This document shows positions 27,601-42,868 of a DNA stretch of 64,000 bases, one piece after another. Origin of the DNA: the human T2T-CHM13v2.0 reference genome, Homo sapiens. Position 1 is the first letter of the stretch. Each line of letters opens with the position of its first letter. Both the position numbers and the translations under genes were made by a program. The stretch is taken from assembly GCF_009914755.1 (NCBI RefSeq), contig NC_060947.1; one strand, given 5' to 3'. The notes under the pieces are model-generated. The model made no database searches, had not been told where the DNA came from, and worked only from the letters and a program-made list of their open reading frames with translations.

Positions 27601-30230
27601 TTATCTCTTTGCTAAATTTCTAATTCATATTAAAAATTGTTCTGCTGATTTTGTTGAATTATCTATTTATAGCCTCTTGTATCTTGGAGTTTCCTTAAGA
27701 TTACTATCTTAATTTTTTTTATCTGCTAAATTCATGGACTTCCTTATATCTAGGGTTAGTTACTGGAGAGTTATTGTGTTTCTTTGGTGCTGTAACATTT
27801 CCTTGCTTTTTAATGTTTCTTCTATCCCTGCATTGATGTATGAACATCTGGTGAAACAATCACCTCTTCCAATCTTTACAATGTGGCTTTCATAGAGAAA
27901 TAATTTCCCCTGCAGATGAGTCTTAGTGTGTTTGTTGGGAAGTATGTGGTCAATCTGGTTCTGAGTAGATGCAGTGGTATAGCTTCTATGCAACTTCTTC
28001 ATGAGTGATCAATGTTAGCAATGAGTGTGAGTGCCTCAGCGGCCTGCGCTGTAGGAATTTTAGCAGCAGTGGCAGCAGCATAAGTTGTTAGTGTCCTCAG
28101 TGACAAGAGCTTTGCGGGGGGTGGGGGGGGGACTCTTTTTATTGTTTTTCCCACAATGGAGAGACTTATCCAACAGGATTCTTCTTGGTGTCAGGTCTGA
28201 CACAGCCTACAAGAAGCTACCATGGTGCTGGGTTCAAGGGCACATGTGCTCAGAAAGGCTGTGGAGCTATGGTCCTAGGCTCACGATCTCATAAAACTAT
28301 TGTGGTCCTTTAGTGTTCAGGTGCAAGTCCACCCTCTAAGGCAGAATTGAATGTAGATTGTCCGCAGAGCCAGGACCTATAATTCAGAGGCTCTCCCAGC
28401 AGCTTAAGATCCAGGGTCCAGATTGTAGGTTTGGTTTAGCTCCAGGAATTTCTGGTTTAGCTCCAGGAATGAAGGGGTGCTCTGGAGGTTTTGGCTACAG
28501 TAGCAGTGTAGAGCTGCACTTTATAAACCAGAGCCAATGTGGCACAGTGATAATGTAGGTCATGGCATATGAGGCATCATGTAGTGATTACTTTGGATCC
28601 TGGGATGCTGGAACTTGACAGTATTCCCAGATGCTTGGTGACCAGGCCACTTGCAGTGGCAAAAAAGACTCCAGAATGGCAGAGCACAGCTGTCATTTGG
28701 ACCCTGAGGGGCAGGGAGCAGCATAGCACTGAGTCCACTCTCTGGGGAGGGTAGTGTCTCAGAAGTTAAGATTCTAGGAGGCAATTCCAGCTTTGGGGAA
28801 GCTGGATACTATTGTGGTTTGGCCTATAGTGTGGAGTGTTTCAGCTCAGCCAATATTCTGTTTCTCTGTGATGTGGGATGCCATGTCAGCTCAGCCCTGG
28901 GACACATGGTTGCTTAGCATGGCCAAAGCACTGATTCCCTGGGAAGAAATGCACCACTTTGGCTTGGATTCATGGAGTGTGACTGCTTTGAGTGGCCAAG
29001 GCGCTGTTTCTCTGGGATGTAAGGTGCTGTTTCAGCTTAGGCACAGAGGAGTATGACCACACTGGGAGGCCAAGGCACTTTTTCCCAGGTCACAGGGTAC
29101 TGCTTCAGTTCAGGCCCTGGGGGATCATAAGTTCTTTGGGTGGCCAAGATGCGATTTCCCAGGATGCAGGGAACTGCTTCAATTCAGGCACCAGGAGGGC
29201 ATGACTGCTTTGAGTGGCCAAGGTACTGTCTTTCCTGCTTGCTGGGTGCCGCTTCAGCTCAGTCACAGTGGGACTAATTATATTAGTGACTGGGAGGGGT
29301 AGATTAAGTTGCTCCACCAATGTATCATTTTATTGGGAGAGAGTGCTCACCTACAGCTTGGAGCTCTAGGGGATCTGAGTGACTGAGAAGGGTAAATAGA
29401 GTGACTCCAGCAAAGCAGTTTCCCTGAAGGCCAGTGCACAACTTAAGCTCAAGGTTTGAGGGACAGGGCACAGCAATGTCTTCGTGGGTTAGATGGGTTG
29501 CCTCCCCCAAGGTATCATTTTCTCAATAGATAACGTGCATCTTCAGCTCAGGCTCTGAAGGCGGAAGGCACAAAAATGACTGGGATGGGTAAATTTAGCT
29601 CCATGGACAGTTGACCCCATAGGGTAAGGTATAGCAGCAGCTCAGCTTGGTGATAGCAGGCCACTGGGCGTGTGTGGTTCAGTGGTTGCTAAGCCTCAAA
29701 GAAAGAAGTATGTCGTGGTCACTCACTCCCAAAACAGGACAAACTCTAACAGTAGTTCTAGTTATAAGATGGCATAGCACTGTAGTTGTGCAGGCCACAG
29801 GGGGCAGGGCAGAAGGTCAGCTCTTTCTCTGCGGGGAGCACAAATGTGTGGACCCTGACAGGTACCTCAGTTGGGCTTAGTTTCTGTGAGAATTGCAAGG
29901 TGAGGACTGTAGGTGTCCAAGGTGTTGATGAGGGTTGTTGGGGTCTATTGTTTACTTTTTCCCCACAAGGCGAACTCTGTTCTAATTCCAAGCTGAGCCC
30001 AACTAGGGAATGTAGTGGTAGACACTACATGTTTTCTTGCTTTCTCTACATAGCTATCCTAAGTTTCTGTGATCTACAGGATTTCTGCTACTCCTTTGAT
30101 TTACTCCAGTGCTCTAATTTTGTTATTTTCATCAAAATGTTGTTGTTAATCTATTGTTTTATCTATCTTTCTGGAAGGTGGTTATTGCTCAGGGATTCCA
30201 GTTGGCCACCTTGTTGAAGCCACTCCTTCC
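24233..30230 (-). mobile_element. L1MA 5' part (ORF2 N-terminal half, ORF1, 5'UTR with degenerate monomer repeats), continuation of 13425-15228
   Basis: ORF2 peptides at 24808-25059 ([35 protein letters not shown]) and 25917-26114 (VNMYAPN..ENFNTPLS). GC-richer 5'UTR at 28000-30230. Confidence 0.88.
24605..24637. repeat. (TG)n microsatellite
   Basis: Directly visible. Confidence 0.95.
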
Positions 30231-30350
30231 GTAAAACAAGCTACCTGGGATGTTAATAGATATTGTGTTGATAAATTTTGGAGATTATTGCCATCTTAAT
30301 AACAGTAAATCTTCCAACCGGAGTATGAGTTGTCTTTCCAATTTTCTATC
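30231..30350 (-). mobile_element. Continuation of the L1MB interrupted at about 13420
   Basis: ctgggatgttaatagatattg..ttttggagattattgccatcttaa..cttccaa follows the 13400 segment in L1 consensus order. Confidence 0.65.
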
Positions 30351-30406
30351 TATCTATCTATGATTCTTTTCTTAAATTTGGTTGTTTTTTTTTTTTTTTT
30401 TTTTTT

Positions 30407-30731
<325 letters not shown>

Positions 30732-30784
30732 TTAATTGTCTAATAAAAAAGATCACAAATGTCCTTCAATATTTAAATTGCTTT

Positions 30785-31139
30785 AAATTTTATTTATAAC
30801 TGATAATATTTGTATATATTTATGGGGTACAATGTGATGTTTTAGTATATGCGTATTTTATGGGACGATTGAATTAAGCTAATTAACACATCTATTACAT
30901 CACATTTTGTGTGTGTGTGGTGCGAACATTTAAAATCTACTTTCTTCAAAAATTCATAGATGTAGAGATCTAGAATGGTGGTTACCAGAGGCTGGGGGCC
31001 AGAAGGAAAAGGGTCAAAGATACTGGTCAAACAGTACAAAACTTGAGATAGATCGGATAAATAAGTTTTTGAGATCTATTTTATAGCATTGTGCCTATAG
31101 TTTATAATAATGTAATGGATATTTCAAAATTGCTAAGAT
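30785..31139 (-). mobile_element. Short L1MA 3' end with 5' inversion
   Basis: 30785-30947 is the antisense terminal 3'UTR and 30948-31139 is the sense upstream 3'UTR. Approximate TSD taaattgcttt / taaattggttt. Confidence 0.8.
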
Positions 31140-31417
31140 AAATTGGTTTTTGAAAAATTAAATTGATTTATTTCAAAGCCTTGTACTAGGCATATGATAT
31201 TCCACACAAAATTGAAATGCTTTCTGTCCTCCAGGGGTTACATATTTATATATTTGGTACTTAACATTTGTTTTCTGAAGAGGTAGCACTTCCTTAGATT
31301 TTTTTCAGTTTTCATTGCCAAAAATGGTAGTAGGTACTCATGTTTTAATGTTGTATATATTAGTATCTGAGAGTTACGTCCTATGTTTCAAAAGTGCTGC
31401 ATTTTCTATCCAAGACA

Positions 31418-31470
31418 CATATATATATGTGTATATATATACATATATATGTATATATATAGAGAGAGAT
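31418..31470. repeat. (TA)n/(GA)n compound microsatellite
   Basis: Directly visible. Confidence 0.9.
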
Positions 31471-31479
31471 ATTTCTATT

Positions 31480-32620
31480 TTTACACGTTCTCACCAAAAC
31501 TTGACAATATTCAAGCTTTCTAATTTCAGTAACTCTGATTAATAGAACATGTTTTTTTCTCTGATAACTAATAAATTGAGCTTTTCTTCAAATATAGGTT
31601 AGCCTTTCTAGGTTTCCTCTGATAGGAGTTACCTGTTTATATATGGCCAATTTTCTTTAATATTGTTACCTTTTTTCTTTGATTTTGAGGAGTATCTTGT
31701 ATAATCTAGATAATCAAGCTTTTTGTACTTTTGTCTTCTATTGCACTGATTTCTACCCTTTTTATTATTATTTACTTATTTCTTTTTGGTGTTTACTGTG
31801 TTGCATTTTCCAACTTCTGGAATTGAATGCTCAGCTTATTTTCTTAATCTTTCTTTTCTCACTGTTGAAACACGTTTGATGCAATAAATTTTCAATACCT
31901 TTATCATGTTATACAAATTTAGTCACATAGTGCTTTCTATTATCATTGAATTCTGAATAAATCTCTTTTTTCTTCATGATGTCCTTTAACTCAAGTGTCA
32001 GTTAACAATATGCTGTTTAGTCTCCAACCATATGGTTAGAGGACACAGTCTGTATGATTTTTCAATCCTTTGAAATTTGTTGAGGATCCCTTTGTGGTAA
32101 ATTTATCTGTTTCTATGAACTTTTGTGAGTGTTCTAAAATAATGTGTATTCTCTATTATTGAGTAAGAGAAATATGTATAATTAATATCTCAGGCTTATG
32201 CATATTGTTTAAGTTCTTAAAATGTATGCTTATTTATGTCTGATTAATGTGTCATTTTCTGTAAGAGGTTTCCTAAAAATATGCACCATTTTGATTTGCA
32301 ACTTTTGTTGCCTAATAAACTTTGTCAGATATTTATTCTTATTATACTTTTCCTTTGAAACATATATAGCATATTATTCCTCATGATGTTTTGCCCTTAA
32401 TTCTAGCTTTTTTAAAGCAAATGTTGTTAAACTGACATCATTTCATTCATTTTTGCTTGTGTATCATTTCCATCCTTTTGTTTTAAATATTTGTATGTCT
32501 TTCTTAAAGTATGTCTCTTGTGAACAACACTTTGGGAAATCTCATTTTATAGCTTGTATTTAATTTTGTGTCTTATAATGATGAGTTTAACCCATTTATA
32601 TTCATTGTATTAATATTAAC
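31480..32620 (-). mobile_element. Highly diverged L1ME/L1MD fragments
   Basis: T-rich antisense L1 motifs (cctttgaaatttgttgagg, aatgtgtattct, gtctcttgtgaacaac, tttaacccatttatattcattgt). Confidence 0.6.
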
Positions 32621-32729
32621 TTGGGCTTGTTTTTAATAAGTATCTACTTATCCAATTATTCTGAATTTCCACTTTCCATTGTAAGAATCTGAGTTTTTTT
32701 GTTTTCTTTCTAGTATACAAATTATACAT

Positions 32730-33171
32730 TAATACACAGTTCTCAAAAGAAGATACACAAATGGCCAATGAACATATCAGAAAATGCCTAACATCACTAA
32801 TGATCAGGGAAATGCAAATCAAAACCACAATGTGATACCACCTTACTCCTGCAAGAATGGCCATAATCAAAAAATTAAAAAATAGTAGATGTTGGCGCGG
32901 ATGCAATGATCAGGGAACACTTCTACACTGTTGGTGGGAATGTAAACTAGTACAGCCACTATGGAAAACCATATAGATATTTTTTAAAGAACTAAAAGTA
33001 GAAATACTGTTTGATACAGCAATCTCACTACTGGGTAACTACCTAGAGGAAAAGAAGTCATTATACAAAAAAGATACTTGCACACACATGTTTATAGCAG
33101 CATAATTCACAATTGCAAAATCGTGGAACCAACCCAAATGCCCATCAACCAACAAGTGGACAAAGAAACTG

Positions 33172-33173
<2 letters not shown>
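32730..33173 (+). mobile_element. L1PB ORF2-end fragment that stops at a TA microsatellite
   Basis: ccaccttactcctgcaagaatggccataatcaaaaaa...gtggaaccaacccaaatgcccatcaa. Confidence 0.88.
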
Positions 33174-33214
<41 letters not shown>

Positions 33215-33306
33215 TATATACAGCTTAAAGATATACAGCTGTATATAAAGCTGTATATATGTGTGTGTATATATATACATATATACAGCTTAAGATACAA
33301 CTTAAA
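33174..33306. repeat. (TA)n(CA)n microsatellite with palindromic atatacagct units
   Basis: Directly visible. Confidence 0.9.
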
Positions 33307-33496
33307 GCATCTGCAGAGGGTTTTAGTATTGGATATAAAAGACTTTGCTACAAGGAAAAGCCATTTATTATTATGATTATAATTATAATTTTCCCATTAT
33401 AATTTGTTCCAAATAAGCCCTTTTCTCTAACTGTGAAGCATAGAAAAATAAATTGATGTGTTCATATTACACAGCTAATCAGCATATAGGACAGTA

Positions 33497-33782
33497 CAGT
33501 TGGCCCTTCAACAACAGGGGTTTGAACTGCACAGGTCCACTTATATGTGGATTTTTTTCTCAGTAAATACAGTCAACTCTTCGTATAGGTAATTTGCACC
33601 TCCATAACCAAATGCAGGTTGAAAGTATAGTATTTGTGGTATCCAAAACCTGTGTATGTGGTAGACTGACTTTTCACATCTGCAGATTCCACAGAATTGA
33701 CTGTGGGATTTGAATATGAGTGAATTTTGGTATGTGTGGGGGACCTGGAACGACTGCCCTGCAAATACCAAAGGATACCTTT
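33497..33782 (-). mobile_element. Tigger-family MITE (MER8/MER2 group)
   Basis: ta|cagttggcccttcaacaac..gggtttgaactgcacaggtccacttatatgtggatttt is the Tigger2/MER8 terminus. The other end is degraded. Confidence 0.8.
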
Positions 33783-36322
33783 ACTTTTAGAGGTCTCTGG
33801 AATACCATTCCAGTGTTGTATTTTTTTTTTACCATAGTAGAATGCATTTTAAGAGGCCAAGAAGAGATTCCTCAAAGCCTACTTTTTAAGAAAACATCCT
33901 GGACATTCATAAAATAAGATTTCAGTAAAGCATAAAACCTGAAGGAACACATTTTATGGGGAAATTTATTTTAGAAACTGTGTTTAAGTGAATGAAATTT
34001 CTTATTTTCACACAATTAATTATTGTTTATCACCTTTTAAAATAAGAAGTGTTCTCCATTTGATATATTTGAACTGTACTTTTAAGTTGGAATTATGTCA
34101 GATGTTTTAAGTTGGTAAACTCATGAAAACCAAATGAGGATGATTTACATGTAATATGTTACATATTGTGTAACATCAGAATTACAAATGCTTTTCAGTT
34201 TCTGGGTACTATATTCTGTGCTCTGACCTGACTATACTTATGTCTTTATATAGAATATATATTCTATGAAATATGTATTCTATATAAAGAATGCTAAGAA
34301 AGGTTACTTTTCTAAGAAGCATTTATTCCAGACACCTGTTTTGGTGCCTAAAATATTTCCCACAATTGCTTCCTGCAGCCACTTCTTTGGGTGATGGTAG
34401 CTGTCAAAATGTGACTTTTATCCCAGAGGGAGTGAATTTGCTCAAATCATTTATCAGTACTTAGCTCAAATCATTTCTCAGTATGGAGAGTTGCAGGGCT
34501 CTGATGCAGTGTTGAAAGGAGAAGAAAAGGTTGGGAATAAGGCACATTTTCATATCTTTGTGATAGCATGAGGGTACTGGGTATCTAGGGACCTAGAGCT
34601 GACAGCAATGAAGAGGCAGACGGAGGAAAACGCCGGCCGAACTTTGTTTTTTCCCACATACAGTTAGCCCTGAAGAAACATATGTAGGCCAACCTTGATA
34701 TTTGAAGTTAAAACAAGTCTTAAGTGTGCAGTCCTGGTATTATATGATCCATTCAGAAACTTATTTATTAGTAACGCTGCCACTTCCAAACAGTCCTAAT
34801 ATGCAAACCACTATAAACAAAAAGTTAGCTGTTTATGCCCCTATGAATAACAATATATTTTATGAGAACAGAAAAAAAGAAGAAATGAGTATATTTATTT
34901 TTCTAAAGAGTTATATTGAAGTGAGTTCACGTAGAGAAGTTCAGAGGGAAAAAAGTGGCCAAGAATATACCAATGTTGACTAGTCAAGGTAGGTTGAGGA
35001 GATTAAAGTATCAGCTCAGGGAAGAAAGGAGATAGTGTTAAGGAAAAGGAGAGACTCCCTTTTGGAAGATGCTATGCTATTTATATTAAGATTGGAAGAC
35101 TTGGGAGTATTTGGATTAAAACAAAGGCTAGGATGTTAGGAACTCTCAGTGGAGTGGAGGTCTGCAGTGAGGCTGGACTAATACCTCAAGACTTCCTGAC
35201 TTACATGACAGACATTCATATGTAACTTGAGAGTCTCTGGAAGCATTCCCTTCACTGTATTAAGGGGCTGGGTAGAACCCTTTTGGTTATAGTTATTCGT
35301 TTTTATCTTCAGAACAGAATTTATGCTGGTAAACGCTTAGGAATGCTGTAATAAAACTCTTGTTTATTGGCAATTTTGTTGTAGAAATAACATAACATAG
35401 CATGTTGCTTTTGCAGGTGCCCTCTCTCTGGCATTCTGTCAAAGGTATTTAGGAAAGCTATATAATTTATGTTTTCAGAAGTAATAAAGGGAACAGAAAA
35501 ATATGACCTGGGGAAGATAAAACAAAAGGCAATGTTTTAACAATGGAAATATTTTAATAGTCCCAGAAGACTTTTTCTTGTGTTCTTTGTGCAAATGTTT
35601 GCATATATCATAAGAATAAAGTGAGTGGGAAGAAAACAATGGTATGATGTCTGTGTTTTCTGTAGTTTCTACTTAAGATTTTCATTTACATCATTATGCA
35701 CTTGATTAGACAAAGTAAATAGATGATGTGAACAATCAATCTGACATAGACCTGTGTTACTTTTTCTTCTATTTTATTGCATATTCAAAAAAGTGCTTTT
35801 TGCCAAAATACATTCTTTTCAAAAATACTTATCCCAACTCTTTGAAAATTGGTCTTACTTCCTCTGTTTGCAACTCCTGCTCTCTCTTACTTATTACTAA
35901 TTCTGTCAGGAGAAAGAATCTGGTATTTATAATGACATGTCTAAGATAAATAACTTTCTCTGTAGGTTATTCTGACATTCTAACCATAATGTAAGGTTAT
36001 TTCTACTGCCTTAAAATTACATATTCTTTCGGTAAAATGTGTTTCAAAATATTATAGCTTCTCAAGAAGAAAATTCAAGAATTACCACAAATCATGTTTT
36101 TCCTCAATAAAATTTTGGAAAAACAAAAACCGGCTTTTAAAGCAAATGCATGCAATTTCTCAATTTGGATGACACTTTCTGAAAATGAACACTACATTTA
36201 ACAATACTTAGTAATTGTGCACTGAAATATGCTAAGAATCCTAAGCCAAGGGTCCCTATTCAAACCATATGACATTTTAAAAATAATAAAATTTTTTCAC
36301 AAAAGTAGAAGAGCAAGGAACA

Positions 36323-36709
36323 TGATATGGTTTAGCTCTTTTTCTCCACCCAAATCTCATATTGAATTGTAATTCCCAGTGTCGGAGGAGGGGCCTGGTG
36401 GGAGGTGATTGGATCATGAGGGCAGATTTTCCCCTTGCTGTTCTCCCAATAAATAGTCAGTGAGTTCTCAGGGGATCTGGTTGTTTGAAAGTGTGTAGCA
36501 CTTCCCCCTTTGCTCTCTCTTTCCTGCTCTGCCATGGTAAGACGTGCTTGCTTCCCCTTTGCTTTCTGCCATGATTGTAAGTTTCCTAAGGCCTCCTAAC
36601 CATGCTTCCTGTATAGCCTGTGGAACTGTGAGTCAATTAAACCTCCTTTCTTCATAAATTACCCAGTCTCAAGTAGTTCTTTATAGCAGTGTGAGAACAA
36701 ACAAATACA
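36323..36709 (+). mobile_element. MaLR solo LTR (MSTA-like)
   Basis: tgatatggttt...ctttatagcagtgtgagaac..aataca, with a perfect 5-bp TSD gaaca. Confidence 0.93.
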
Positions 36710-37019
36710 GAACAGGTTAGGATGATCTTGTATTTTGTAAGGGATTTACTATGTGAACTATCTTGTTCGCAGTTAAGAGAGAATAACTTTTCATTACTGT
36801 TGATTTGAATTTGGTTGGAATTACATAATACATGCAAATTATATATGCAAAGCAGTTTTATTTTTCAAAGTACTTTTCTTAAATTTTTTTTTAGTTTTGC
36901 TTGTAAAATAAAGAATTTTGATTCTGCATGTTTACATATAAGATATGAACACAATAGTGCACATGGGGAAAGTCGGTGAGACTTTTTTCTTGATTTTTTG
37001 AGTTATAGTGTAAGCAAAT

Positions 37020-37835
37020 GTTCAACTTTACAAAATGATGTTTAGTTACTTTCAAAATTAGTTGTACAAATTCATATGCCTCACCAGCAATGTAAAGAGT
37101 TCCTGTTGATCTACTCTCTTTAATACTTTGTATTGTCTAACATTTCAATTTAGTGATGTAAAATGGTATATTATCGTGTACTTATTTGGATTTCCCTGAT
37201 TATTTAGTTTCCCAAATTTTAATATACATATTGGCTAGACATGTTTGCTCTTCTGCGAAATATTTATTTTTGTATTGTGTTATTTATCTTTTTTTCTTAT
37301 TTGTAGTTCTTTATATATTCTAGATACTGGTTCTCTGAGGTTGCATATTCTTCGAATAGCTTCTCCCAGTTTATGGCTTACCTTTTAACTGTCTTCATGG
37401 TGTTGCCTTAATTTTAACATAGTAGAATTTATTAATCTTTTTCTTTCTTGATAGTGTTCTTCATGTATTACTTAAGAAATTCCTTATGCTCCCAAGGTCA
37501 GAGAGTTGCTCTACAGTATTTTCTTTAAAAAAATTTAAAATTTTGCATATTATATTTAGCTTATTAATCTAGCTAAATTTTTGAAATAAAATATGGCAAA
37601 TATCTAGTTTTATTTTTCTCCAAATGGATCACCAATTCTTCCAATACTATTTATTGAATAGTTGCTATTTCCCAACCCTTTTGCAACATCACTTCTATGA
37701 AAGTTTTATATATACATGTATCAGTTTCTGGGTGCTGTATTTTGTTACAATGGTTCATTTGCATATTCTTGTACCAATACTACCCTGTCTTAATTACTAC
37801 AGACTTCCAATAACTCTTCATATCTTGTAGGACAT
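37020..37835 (-). mobile_element. Diverged L1M (ME/MC) fragment
   Basis: caccagcaatgtaaagagttcctgttg, ttctttatatattctagatact, tgtaccaatact..tgtcttaattact. Confidence 0.7.
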
Positions 37836-37932
37836 ATCCACTTACGTATTTACTTCTTTGATGTTATCAAAGGTACATTTAAAATTGATTTTGCTTAATG
37901 CTTAGAAGGAAGCCCTATTTGGGCAGTGGTAG

Positions 37933-38494
37933 TGTGCAAAAAAAGTTAACATAGCAGGACTGGGACTGTTATTCCTAGAAAAGCTTGCTTGTGAAAATTA
38001 GGCTTTGGCTAGTGTCTGGAAACTTGGCTTTTCTCTGTTTGCTCAGTAAGAGTGGCTCACTATACCTATAGATTTTGTACAAATGATGTAGCTTTTGTTG
38101 AATGCCCCATTTACTTCTAGGAATCTGAAATTTTGTATGTGCTAGACAGTGAATGCCTACATGACCAGCCTCCAACCCTATTCCCTCAAAAAACAATCCT
38201 TCGGTTCTAAGTCTCTAATGGGCACCCCGAGTAAAACCACTGAATACATGTTGCTTCATTTTTGTTGCTAGAGGAAAAGTGTGCTCTGTGTGACTTCTCA
38301 GTAGGAGAGAGCATACGGAGTCCTGCCCATGGATTCCTCCAGACTCCAACAGTGTCATTTTCTCTTATCATCCTGCAGTGTATTCTTACTACATCCCTAT
38401 AGTAGATCTTAGCCATGAGTACAACTATATGCTGAGCCCCATGAATCCTAGCAAATCTCCAAACAGGAGGTCTTGGGAATCCTCACCCTTGACA
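37933..38494 (+). mobile_element. Solo LTR, MER68-like (MER21/68/77 group)
   Basis: Starts tgtgcaaaaaaagttaacatagcagg, contains cttagccatgagtacaactatatgctgag, ends gaca, about 560 bp. Confidence 0.8.
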
Positions 38495-39184
38495 AAGTAG
38501 TACTACTGCTTCTTCCACTGCTACGTCTACTTCTAGAATGAGCAAAATGTTTTACTACTTTTCCTCAGAGCCATATTACAGCATGAAGTTCTAACATTTC
38601 CTTGGATATACTTGAACAAGCTGCAATGGATATTAACTTTTTCATTTTAAAATAAACCTTTTTGAAATATATAGCTGAGTTATTCTGTATTTTATAGTTA
38701 ATTTTTTAAAATAAATTTCTGCATATGATGAGAGGATAGATTCAACAATTTCTCAATCCTTTACTAAAATTTGGAATTCTGTGCTAAGATTCTGAAAATT
38801 TACTATTATAAATAGAGTGAGCCAATATTGACTCCTCTGGGGTTTGATCCAGATAGCATTACAGAAGGCCATATACTGTGTGTCATAGAGGAGACAAGTA
38901 ATGTACGTGGACTTTGCCCTCATTCCTTGATAAAAAGCCAGGAGGATAAATGCCTTAAGGAAATCAGTCTTTTTACATTATAATAATAAAGTCACATAGA
39001 TAAACAGATTATTGAATACATCCAGTGGGATATCATGAGACAACATGCAATATCATCCAATCCAGTGTCCCTTCCTCATCCTGTATGGAGAGGCTAGAAA
39101 AACTTACTGCCCTAATGTGGGTATAGGTTTTTATAGTTTAAAAGGAACTTTTTTTTGTACACTGAGAGAATATTGTATAACTGT

Positions 39185-39530
39185 CAAGGCATAATCTTTG
39201 AGTCTAGCAGATACAAGGTCAAATTCTGCCTCTACCTCTTATCAGATATATGATTTGGGTAAATCATTTACTATTAGTTGATTTCCTCTTCTGGTAGTTG
39301 AGATGAATAATGATAGCTTGTAAAGTTACCATTAATTTAAATTAGAATATGGATTTGCACGCACACATATACACACACATGCACACACACACACACACAC
39401 ACTGCCTAACATGAAGTAGATACTCAATGAGTAGTCTGTAAAGAATAGCTATTGTGTTTTTCTATTTTATAGATGATAAAGCCAAGTGTCAAAATGACAA
39501 GTTATTTGCCTAAGATATGAATTTACTGTG
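39185..39530. mobile_element. Two MIR fragments (plus 39185-39435 containing (CA)n at 39358-39402; minus 39450-39530)
   Basis: tgatttgggtaaatcattta..tgcctaacatgaagtagatactcaat, and ctattttatagatgataaa..agttatttgcctaag. Confidence 0.65.
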
Positions 39531-40141
39531 CTTTTACTGGGTTGCAAATTTTCTATTTCATCATACAGTGTTCTATTTAATTAATGGTAAGCTGATGTTT
39601 GAATTAATGTGTGTGGTGCTTCATTCTTATAATTCTTATTATTTACGAATGTGTTCAGTGATCATTTCAGGGCCAATATCGATGGCTCACTTAGCTCCTG
39701 AATCATCCATAAAGAGTTTTCTAATGAACATTCTTCAGTATAATCAAGTCTTCTGTCTTTTTATATTATGACAGACGATAACAATTTTTGGCTTAGAAAT
39801 TATTCAGTACTCCCAAATATGTGTCTCTAAGTTGATAATTGCATTTGAAATTTTAAACTGAAGCAGATTTTTCATATTCCATAGTGAGCACTTGTGAAAT
39901 TTTCTGACCAACGCTTCATAAAATTGTGGATATGTTCACTGTCCTATGGTAAGTGGAATTTTCAACTCTAACATGGGAAGGGTAAACAGAGAAAATAATA
40001 TCAAGATGAATGAAAAATTGGCTTAGATGATATTTTGCTTCTCGATGTTGATCTACATCATTGGTCTTGGACTTGGGGAATATATTTCCTTTGGTTTCAA
40101 TTAGATAAACAAGTTATGTGGTGTAAGAAAATTTGGCTCAG

Positions 40142-41997
<1,856 letters not shown>

Positions 41998-42260
41998 CTT
42001 AAGATTTATTTTTAAAAATCTAATATTTGGCTTCAACTCAGGATTTAGCAAATGAGCTCTGTACATTCTTGTCATTGGCTTTTTGTTAATTATGTTCATA
42101 TCTTTGAGGTAATACAACTTTCTTATATTTTGAAAGCTTACAGTATGATACTGGTATTTTACTGACTCTTGATGTGGTACATTTCCTTGATTATAAAGTT
42201 ACATGGCTATATCTTTGCCCATAAAATGAACATCATCACTTTTAAGACTAACATAATCAA

Positions 42261-42868
42261 TTTATTAACTATAGTCACCATGTTGTAAAATAGATCTCTT
42301 GGGCTTATTTGTCCTGTCTAAATAAAATTTGGTGTCCTTTGATCAACATCTTGCCAATCCCCTGACCCCTGCTTCTATCCTCTGGTAACCACCATTCTGC
42401 TCTGAGCTTCTATAGGTTTTACTTTTTCAGATTCCATATATAAGTGAGATCATGCAGCATGTGTCTTTCTGAGCCTGGCTCATGTCACTTAACGTATGTA
42501 CTCTAAATTTTTCCATGTTTTCACAAATGACAGGATTTTCTTCTTTTCAAAGGCTGAATAGTATTCCACTGTGTATATATACTGCATTTTCTTTATCTGT
42601 TTATTCGTGGATGGACATGTAGGCCAATTGCATATCTTAGCTATTGTGAATAATAAGAACGAACATAAGAGTGCAGGTATCTCTTTGATATGCCAATTAC
42701 TACAAGAGTACATTTTACATATGCTCTTCAAAAATAGTGTGTGAGACAACACATATGTTGCTTGATTCAGCCATTCCACAATGTATACATATTTCAAAAC
42801 ATCATGTTGTATAGCATAAGTATATATAATTTTTACAAGTCAATTTAAACTAATAGTAAGAAGAATAA
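42261..42868 (+). mobile_element. Short L1MA (about MA4A-5) with 5' inversion
   Basis: 42261-42690 is antisense and about 42693-42868 is the sense terminal 3'UTR. 17-bp TSD aagactaacataatcaa (42244-42260) / aagagtaacataatcaa (42869-42885). Confidence 0.85.

Noticed and set aside
28900-29270. About 70-bp degenerate repeats (ggccaagg..gcttcagct..ggc) resembling an array
   Set aside because: They lie in the L1M 5'UTR, where monomer-like repeats are expected. They are not CRISPR-like, as there are no constant repeats with unique spacers.
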